Shown here: piece by piece, positions 31,025 through 39,800 of the stretch
Layout: every line of letters starts with the position of its first letter
Position numbering within the stretch: the first letter of the stretch is position 1
Assembly: GCA_963666205.1 (NCBI GenBank)
Contig: OY762654.1
Location: forward strand, 1,344,001 to 1,408,000
DNA length: 64,000 nt
Direction: 5' to 3'
Source of the DNA: Synergistales bacterium
GTDB lineage: Bacteria > Synergistota > Synergistia > Synergistales > JAFGMB01
Notes under the pieces: generated by a model
What the model was told of the DNA's origin: nothing
Seen by the model: the letters and a program-made list of their open reading frames with translations, nothing else
Databases searched by the model: none
Position numbers and translations under genes: made by a program

Positions 31025-32035
31025 TTAGAGAAGGGCTTTTTCGATCCTTGCCGTTGCCTCTGGATCCCTGACCCAGGATCTCCATAGTTCGGAGTGGGTC
31101 TGCAGGAACCATTTCGCGGTTTCAGCCGGACCTGTGCCATTCTTCTTCATGTAAGCCAGAGCTTCATTGGTCAGTTCAAGAGAAGTCTTATAACGCTCCA
31201 GCATATCCCGGATCTTCGGTGAACCTTCCAGGAAATCTCGATTAGCGACCTTGAGGACTCTGCATTTAGGGAATGCACAGCCTCCCGTTTCGTTCCAGAC
31301 TTTTTCATCATAAGGAGGTTCTTCCAGTTTAGTCATGTCATACATTCCAAGAATAGGTGTGGGTTCCCAGTAATATGCCAGCACTGGTTTACCTTTTTCA
31401 TAGGCTTCAGCGATGGAAATAGCGAGTGCTGCGGCTGAACCTGTAAAGAAATTCACGAATGTATCATCAAGGCCGTAGGTTTTCAGACGTTTAGCATTTG
31501 TCACGCTAACGATCCACCCCGATGGCCCATTGTTGAAACGTCCCTTTGTCTTCTTTTCCGGATCCCTGAAAAGTTCCCAATAGCGGGAAAGGTCCGTAAC
31601 GGATCTGAGATCTGGCGCCAGAGGTTTGATGCCCCGGGTTTCATCCCCTTCGATAACGTATGTTGGAACATACCAGCCCTGTGGTGCATCCGGAAAATTC
31701 TTGCCAAGGCTTACGATCTCTCCGCGTTTTTCTGCCTTTTCCCAATAAGAAGCAGAATTATCTATCCACGCTTCCATAGCGATCTGCAGATCCCCTCTTT
31801 CTAGTCCCATAAAACCGGGGATCTCTTCTACAAATGTATATCCAACTTCCCGGTTCCATCCATTTTCTATGAGAAAACCGGCCACGCGGTTATGGAACTG
31901 GACACTTTCCCAGCTGAAATCGCCAAAGATTATCTTCCCCTGGTCGCCATAACCGGGCAGAGATCCCCCGAAAAGTAATAAGACTGCCAGAATAAACCCG
32001 CCAATAGTTTTCATACTTTTTTTCCCTTTTCTCAT
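31025..32035 (-). CDS. Glycine betaine/carnitine/choline-type ABC substrate-binding protein (ProX/OpuAC family)
   Basis: Signal peptide, SWESVQFHN, EAW, GWYVPTYV, DPE...KGRF..GP.GW, YYWEPT. Confidence 0.88.
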   Translation of the reverse strand: MRKGKKSMKTIGGFILAVLLLFGGSLPGYGDQGKIIFGDFSWESVQFHNRVAGFLIENGWNREVGYTFVEEIPGFMGLERGDLQIAMEAWIDNSASYWEKAEKRGEIVSLGKNFPDAPQGWYVPTYVIEGDETRGIKPLAPDLRSVTDLSRYWELFRDPEKKTKGRFNNGPSGWIVSVTNAKRLKTYGLDDTFVNFFTGSAAALAISIAEAYEKGKPVLAYYWEPTPILGMYDMTKLEEPPYDEKVWNETGGCAFPKCRVLKVANRDFLEGSPKIRDMLERYKTSLELTNEALAYMKKNGTGPAETAKWFLQTHSELWRSWVRDPEATARIEKALL

Positions 32036-32459
32036 TAAAATCTCCCTTCTTATGCATAAATGCTACACCGATAAACATCCCTCGGGACAGTTCCCGTGAG
32101 AAATCAACACAACAAATGACCTTCTTCATGTTGAAGAAAGCAAAAGGCCTTTAGAACATCGGTCAAACAGGGTAAAAATTCTTTGGGACCATCGGAGGGC
32201 CTGAGACCCGATGGAAAACCCGGAGGAAACACAAAACTAAAATATTGTTTATTATTATAACATATAAGAAAAAACGGTTCCTCAATGGGTGTCCAGGGAC
32301 ATAGTAGACCCTGGTTTCTTTGGGTAATATCTTATATCAATGTTCTTCTCTGGTAATATAGTGTTACACAGAAAAAAGGAAATAGAATTCGGGAAAAGTG
32401 GTCTGAATGTTCCCTGGCACCTGGAGTAACATGATCTTTCCAAACTGGAGGAAAACAAA

Positions 32460-33524
32460 ATGAACCCTAAGCACGCCCAATTAGATTGGTTGTTGTCTCT
32501 ACCCGAATGGCCGAGGGCATCCCTGGCCCTGCTGCCGACCCCCATCCATCGCCTTCCGAGACTGGCAGAACATATCGGTGGTATCGATCTCTGGATGAAG
32601 CGGGACGATCTGACCGGACTGACAGGTGGAGGGAATAAAACTCGGAAACTTGAATTCCTGGTTGCAGATGCCATAAAGGCAGGTGCGGACACACTGGTCA
32701 CTGTTGGGGCGATCCAGTCTAACCATACTCGCCAGACCGCATCAGCTGCTAAAAAAATGGGCCTGGAATGCGCTCTTCTTCACTGTTCCTGGACAGAAGA
32801 GGCCGGCCAGTATTATCGCAGCACCGGAAACATCCTTCTCAGCAGTATTCTGGGGGCAGAACTCTATTTAGACGAAGAGAGACGCCCCATTGAAGACCAG
32901 GGGCCTCTTGACGCTCTCTGCGAACACCTTCGGAGTAAGGGACAAACACCGTATCTAATTCCTGGTGGTGCTTCCGAGCATCCCCTTGGAGGATTCGGTT
33001 ATGCCGCATGTGCTGCAGAGATCACCGAACAGGCGAACTCCATGGGGATTCATGTGGACTATGTGATACACTGCACCGGCAGCAGCAGTACGCAGGCCGG
33101 CCTGGTCGCCGGATTTGCGGCCCTTGGTGAAAGAACAAGAGTGATCGGGATCCCGGATGATGATGAAACCGAGATCAAGCGAGAGCGGGTATTGCGACTG
33201 GCTAATAACACCCTGAAAAAACTTGGACGCCCGGAACAGGTGGAAATTTCGGATATCGAGATAGTTGTGGGAGATAGAAGCCCTTATGGGAAAGCAGACA
33301 GCAAGACCTACGATGTCATACGCCTGATAGCCAGAACGGAAGGTCTCGTAGCAGACCCCGTGTATGAGGGCAAATCGCTGAGGGGTCTGATGGAACTTGC
33401 ACAGAGAGGACGGTTCGAGAAGGGGTCAGTGGTTCTGTTTCTTAACCTTGGAGGAACATCGGGAATTCATGGCTATGCAGACCATTTTGAGCCCATTAAT
33501 CTGCGTCCGCTTCCAAAAGCCTGA
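32460..33524 (+). CDS. PLP-dependent ACC deaminase / D-cysteine desulfhydrase family enzyme
   Basis: PTPIHRL, KRDD..GGNKTRKLE, GAIQSNH.RQ, DPVYEGKS, LGG. Confidence 0.9.
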   Translation: MNPKHAQLDWLLSLPEWPRASLALLPTPIHRLPRLAEHIGGIDLWMKRDDLTGLTGGGNKTRKLEFLVADAIKAGADTLVTVGAIQSNHTRQTASAAKKMGLECALLHCSWTEEAGQYYRSTGNILLSSILGAELYLDEERRPIEDQGPLDALCEHLRSKGQTPYLIPGGASEHPLGGFGYAACAAEITEQANSMGIHVDYVIHCTGSSSTQAGLVAGFAALGERTRVIGIPDDDETEIKRERVLRLANNTLKKLGRPEQVEISDIEIVVGDRSPYGKADSKTYDVIRLIARTEGLVADPVYEGKSLRGLMELAQRGRFEKGSVVLFLNLGGTSGIHGYADHFEPINLRPLPKA

Positions 33525-33532
33525 GCAGTGAG

Positions 33533-33580
33533 ATCCAGACCCTGATCATCTGTAAATTTACAATGATGATCAGGGTTATC
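33533..33580. repeat. Hairpin family C, copy 1 (likely terminator)
   Basis: ATCCAGACCCTGATCATCTGTAAATTTACAATGATGATCAGGGTTATC; homologous to 43675-43723. Confidence 0.75.
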
Positions 33581-33725
33581 GACTGGGCGGTTTCCCCAGG
33601 TTAAAAATGCGATAAATTACAGATAGTAGTGACTTTATCCAATTATTTACCTTGTGGCTACCCAGTAATTCAGATCCTGTATGCACCATTCAAAGACCTT
33701 AAAACCCATTGAAGAAAACCAGGTA

Positions 33726-33783
33726 ACATTGCATACATACGGTTAAAATCAAGGTCTGACCCCATTGTTGATTGTGTCAATAA
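33726..33783 (+). repeat. Repeat family A, copy 2 (core 33730-33763)
   Basis: Identical 34-bp core; 58-bp match to copy 1 with 3 mismatches; ends 18 bp from the glucan synthase stop. Confidence 0.95.
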
Positions 33784-33801
33784 CGGGCAAGACCGCCAAT
33801 C

Positions 33802-36800
33802 TCAATCCTCCGTAACAGGGATACACACATCAACCGAGTGTTCTTTATGGTCATCAACAAGAGGAATGCCCTTATCGTGTTGTTCTATCCCATCAACTCT
33901 CACTCGCATCTCACCATTACCAGGGGGTGTTTGCAGAACGGAGATGTGGTAAACCGTCTCTCGATATCGGTAGTACATTGTGAACCCTTTCCAATCCGGA
34001 GGGAGGCACGGCGTAAAAAACAGCTTATCCACTTCAAGCCTGAGTCCCAGGAGTGATTCCAGGATCAGCCGATACATCCAGGCGGCCGAGCCCGTGTACC
34101 ATGTCCAGCCGCCACGGCCGGTATGGGGAGGCAAGGCATAAACATCGGCTGCAATAACGTACGGTTCCACCTTGTAGGTGGCCGTTTCCTGGGGGGATCT
34201 TGCGTGGTTAACCGGGTTGATCATGGTAAAGAGTTCCCAGGCACGCCGATTGTCCCCCAAGCGAGCGAAGGCCATTGCCGCCCAGATGGCCGCATGCGTA
34301 TACTGTCCTCCGTTTTCTCTCACGCCGGGAACATATCCTTTGATGTAGCCTGGATTTACCGTCGACTTGTCGAAGGGTGGGTCCAGAAGTTGGATCAGCC
34401 CATGCTCGCGGCGAACAAGGCGCTTATCGACCGCTTCCATGGCCATACAGGAACGCTCATGATCTCCCGCACCCGAAAGGACAGACCAGCTCTGCGCAAT
34501 CGAATCAATCTGACATTCAGGGTTATCTGACGATCCAAGGGGCGATCCTTCATCGAAATAGGCGCGGAGGTACCACGCGCCGTCCCAGCCATGCCTCTTA
34601 ATGTTGCCGCGCAACTGCTCGGCCTCCCTTATGCAACGCCCGGCGAAAGCCACGTCACCATGTATGCGGGCAATCTCAGCGAAACGCATTAGCACTTCAA
34701 ATAAGAAAAACCCCAACCATACGCTCTCACCTTTGCCGTGTTCACCCACCCGGTTCATGCTATCGTTCCAGTCACCGGAGCCGATGAGCGGCAGGCCGTG
34801 TTCCCCGAATCTGAGGCCGTTCAATATTGCCCTGACACAGTGATCGTAAAGACTCGCCATCTCTTCAGAGTGTCCGGGTAGATCGTAATAAGAATCTTCA
34901 TCCGGGTTCACACTGCGACCCTGGAGGAAGTGGACAGGCTCATCCAGCACACCGGTATCCCCGGTGGCGAGAACATAGCGGCACGTCGCGACCGACAGCC
35001 AAAGGTAGTCGTCCGAACAGTGAGTACGCACACCTCGACCCGTTGGAGGATGCCACCAATGTTGAACATCTCCTTCCGTGAATTGGCGGCTCGCGCACAG
35101 TAGAATCTGCTCGCGCACGAGATGCGGCCTGGCATGAACAAGAGCCATCACGTCCTGCAGCTGATCCCGGAAACCGAAAGCCCCCCCCGACTGGTAGGTT
35201 GCGCTGCGCGCCCAAAGGCGACACGTAAGAGTCTGGTAAATCAGCCAGCCGTTTGCCAGAACGTTAAGGGATGGATCAGGTGTTTCCACATTGATAGCGC
35301 CGAGGGTATGTTTCCAGTGCTGCCACACCAGGTCAAGGGCGCTGTGCGCAGTGGTTGGTCCTCGAAAATCATTGATCAGTCTTCTGGCATCGTCTGCATC
35401 CCGCCCTATTCCCAGCCTGAAGACGATTTCGCGCTCCTGCCCGGATTCCAGATCGAAGCTGATCTGGATAGCAGCGCAGGGATCCCTCCCTGCTCCCACC
35501 TTGCCAGAAAGACACGTGCGATTCATGGCGGCAGGAGCGTGCAGCGTACCGTTGCGTCCCAGAAATTCTCTCCGATCACCAGTTACAGTGCGACTGGTGT
35601 CGTCCACGTCGAAGAAAGCAGTTCGGTCATGGAATTCCATATTGTAGGGGTTGCGAGCGAAGAGTGCGCCGCTATTCGGATCAATTTCAGTGATCACGTG
35701 CATGGCCGATTTCGACCGCAGGTCGCCAAGCACCCATTCCACATATCCAGTAGCGGAGAGCCGGCGGGATTGACCAGAATCGTTACGCACTTTTAGAACC
35801 GTAAACTTGATCGCTTCATCCATAGCTACATACACCCACAATTCGGAGTGGATACCGTGCTCGGTGTGTTCAAAGACGCTGTAACCGAATCCGTGCCGGG
35901 TGACATATGGCATTTTCCCGCGGCATGGCAGTGGCGTGGGCGACCAGAATTTGCCGAGATCTTCATCACGGAGGTAAAATGCCTCTCCTCTCGAATCGCT
36001 TACAGGATCGTTTCCCCATGGAGTCAGGCGGAACTCATGGGCATTCTCACTCCAGGTGTAGGCTAGGCCGCTCTCTGATATGACAGTCCCGAAGTTCGGG
36101 TTGGCCAGCACATTCACCCAGGGAGCCGGTGTCAGTTGTCCCTGCGCGGTGGTAATAATATACTCGTGTCCGTCATGGGTGAATCCGCCAAGTCCGTTGT
36201 AGAACATCAGATCGGGGCGTGGCAAAGGTGCGACCGCCAGGGGTTCGGAGCGGGGAGTTCGCGTCGGGGTAAGAAGGGGCGCTGTTGTTTCATCAAGACT
36301 CCGTCCATTTATCTGCTCCGCCAGTGTACCCCGGCTGTCACTGATTATTACGCGTGCTACCGTTTGGATAAGGATTCGGTCTTCCTCCGCTATCCGGTCC
36401 TCAGATCTCACAAAAATACCACCGGGTCGATCAGTTATGTTGGCTTCGATGCCTGCCGTAATAAGCCCCATGATCTGGTCGTGGAGGAGTTGCCGATAAC
36501 CTGCATGATCTTCGTTCCAGATCACCAGATCCACAGCTAGTCCCTTTAGACGCCAATAGGCATGGGCCTGCACGAGTTGGCGCACCAGTTCGATATTGGC
36601 CGGATCTCCTATCTTCAGCAGGACAATCGGTAAATCGCCCGAGATGGCGTATCCCCAAAGACCGGATTGGCCCCGGTGGTTCTTTATGAGAACACTCGGG
36701 TCGGCTCGCAGCGAGGCATTGGCATAGATGATCGAACTGGCGAGACGCCCATAGAGTTGCGCATCTGCCTCTGACGCATTAGACTGGCGCAGCAGTACCT

Positions 36801-39800
36801 GACCATGAGTCCAGGCCAGATCAAAGACACGATTCGCGAGTCGACGATCCTGGTACTTTCCCGCCAGTCCTACGGCTGCATCACGTGTTTCACCGATACC
36901 GGTGACCATATCTATGGTTACTGATTCTTCGGGATCCAGGTTTATCCGGCATCGGATGGAAACGATCGGATCAAGCACTGAACCCTCACTGCCCGAGAGT
37001 TCTCCCGTAAAAGAACCATCTCCTCCAATCATCGCTTGTGGATCAGCGACGGTGTTTCCTCGGCCGATAAACTGCATGCGATCGGTTTCGTAGGAAACTG
37101 CTCCTATTTCCGCCCCACGCACAGCCATCAGGTGCATCATCCAGGGCGCCTGTTCGCCTTCGGAGCGAGGCCGACGAGTGCAGAGAATCGCTCGCTGCTG
37201 GTGGATGATCTCGGTCTGCACAAAGAGATTGCTGAATGCCGGATGAAGCGCATCCGGGGCGGGTGGCGCCATAACCACTTCAGCGTAACTGGTAATGTCT
37301 ATCTCTCGCCGCGTCTGCGCGCGGTTGGTTATTTTGACACGGCGCAGTTCGATGTCATCCTCGGGCGAAACAGCTATCTCTGTATATGTATCATAATTGT
37401 GATCACGGCGTCGAAACTCTGCCCGCCCTTCCGAAAAGATCGCTTCATAATTTCCCGATAGGTTAAGCACAGGCTGATATGTAGTTGACCAGAACTCTTT
37501 GCTGGCCACGTCGCGTATGTAACAGAAGGTCCCCCAGTTGTCGCAGGTGCTGTCTTCACGCCAACGGGTGATAGCGAGGTCATTCCAGCGGCTGTAACCG
37601 CCTCCGGCATTGGTTATCATCACGTGGTATCTGCCGTTTGAAAGTAACTGCACTTCAGGGCTCGGTGTGTCGGGACTGTTGAAACAGCGTATCGGCGTCT
37701 CCAAAGCACTGAAAGTCATCGAGTGCTCGGAGAGCTCTGTTGTATGCACATAGAGAGGTGTTGCCTTGGGAATTCGCTCCTGGAGTAACAGCATGGTCGC
37801 CTGGAATAGGGGATCAGACTCGAATCGCTTCTGCATCGGGCGATCCTGAAGCACATGGGACAAAGACAGAAGAGTCATGCCCTGATGATGGGCCATAAAG
37901 GAACGAACCACGGCACTCGATTGACCACGGGGCAGACGGGATGGAGTGTAGTCTATAGCTTCGTAGAAGCCATACCGGGTTTCAAAGCCTTCAGCAGCTA
38001 GTAGCTCAAGATTCAGACACGCCTCATCGGGTGTCACCATCAATGCCAGTGCCGAAGCATAGGGTGCAATCACCAGATCCTCGGCAAGTCCTCGTTTGAG
38101 CCCCAGGCCAGGGACACCAAAGGCGCGATATTGATAGTTTCGATGAACATCTATGGCATTGTAGCCGCTTTCCGAAATGCCCCAAGGCACGTTGCGCTTT
38201 TTCCCATATTCGATCTGGCTGGCCACAGCCACCTTACAGGTCTGGTCAAGCAGCGTGTGTTCGTAAGTCGGCATAACCAGAAGGGGCATCAGGTATTCGA
38301 ACATGGAACCGCTCCACGAAAGCAGTATCGGTTCTCCACCGGCAGTCGTGAGAATCCGTCCCAGGGCAAACCAGCTTTCCTGTGCCAATTCTCCCTGCGC
38401 GATCGCTACAAAAACTGAAAGTCTCGCTTCAGAAGCCAGAAGATCGTAGTAGCTGGAGTCCTTCCGGCCTTCAGCTACGTTGTAGCCGATTGCCAGCAAA
38501 TGTTGTGTTTCATCAAACAGAAAACCGTATTCCATGCGGGCAAGGGTGTCGCATTGCAGGGCAAGCCCTTTTATCGCAGAAATCCTTGTTTTGGCATGCT
38601 GGCTGGCTGTCACGATTAGATCATGTAGTTCTCTGAGGTAAATTTTTTCCTCCATCGTGGAGGCAGGACTGATCCGATGTGCGATCACCGGCAACAGCTT
38701 TTTATCCAGTCCTGCCAGTTCCCGCAATGTCGGGATCTCGTCGAGATTTTGAAAGCCTCCTGGATTATCCTGAGAAGATAAGAGATCTGTCCAGGGTGCA
38801 AGAAGCTTCAGTTCATCGAGGGCGTCCTGGCATTGCCTGGAAAAGGCACGGACCCACCATTCAAATTGGCTCTCGGGGCTGGCATCGGTTGTCTCTATGC
38901 CCGAAACCACAACCGCAACGGACCTTGCCAACTGATCAATGCACAACCGTAACGCCGTGAGCGTGGGAGGGAAAGAATGAGTCGCGGAATCCAGATCCTC
39001 TTCAAGTTGAGCGAACTGGACAGGATTATATATCTCCGGCTTGTTCGCAGCAGTGTCTAAAACGATCCGGAGAGTGTCGCTTAAACTCTCAAAGAACCTC
39101 TTACTCAGGATCTTGTGATCGGGAAGACCGCGCAGACCCGACCTCAATGTCAGCAGATGGCCCGCAAGGTTTCCGCTGTCCACCGACGAAATGTAAAGAG
39201 GCGGCAGGGGTTTCAGAGAACGAGTGTCGTACCAGTTGAAGAAGTGTCCGCGGTGTCGTTCCAGTCCTTCCATGGTGTGAAGTGCCTTTGCTGTACGTTC
39301 TATAAGTTTTCCGGCCAGAATAACGCCAAAGTCGTACGCGGATAAATTTGCCAGCAGCACAAGCCCCATGTTGGTAGGTGAAGTGCGGTGTGCTAACACA
39401 GAAACAGGATACTCCTGGTAGTTATCCGGGGGGAGCCAGTTGTCTTCCGGGCCGATAAAGGTCTCGAAAAATGACCATGTTTTACGGAAGATTTTTCGCA
39501 GGAAGATTATCTGATCCGTTGTCAGTCTTTTTCTGCGACGGGTTATCGGCCGACTGATCCACCAGGCAATAACGGGAGAGGCAAACCAGAGACCTAATAT
39601 CGGGCCTGCCACAACCAAGGTGGCTGACCTGAATGAAGCGATCATTATCACTACTGCAACCACAAGGAGCGGAACAATCCACATGGCTCGATACGAACCG
39701 GCTAGGTCCGTTCGGCCATTGCGATCCGAGGAGTCCGATGGATTCCATTGGAGCAGACCTTGATGTGTGACCAGCGTCCTCCATGCAACGCGAACCATTG

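Noticed and set aside
31012-31140. N-terminal extension of the acyltransferase given by the ORF track
   Set aside because: Overlaps the binding-protein gene; a Shine-Dalgarno and TTG at 31011 precede the conserved domain start.
32036-32459. Riboswitch upstream of the betaine-type binding protein
   Set aside because: Only a small CCATCGG/CCGATGG hairpin is seen; no recognisable aptamer consensus.
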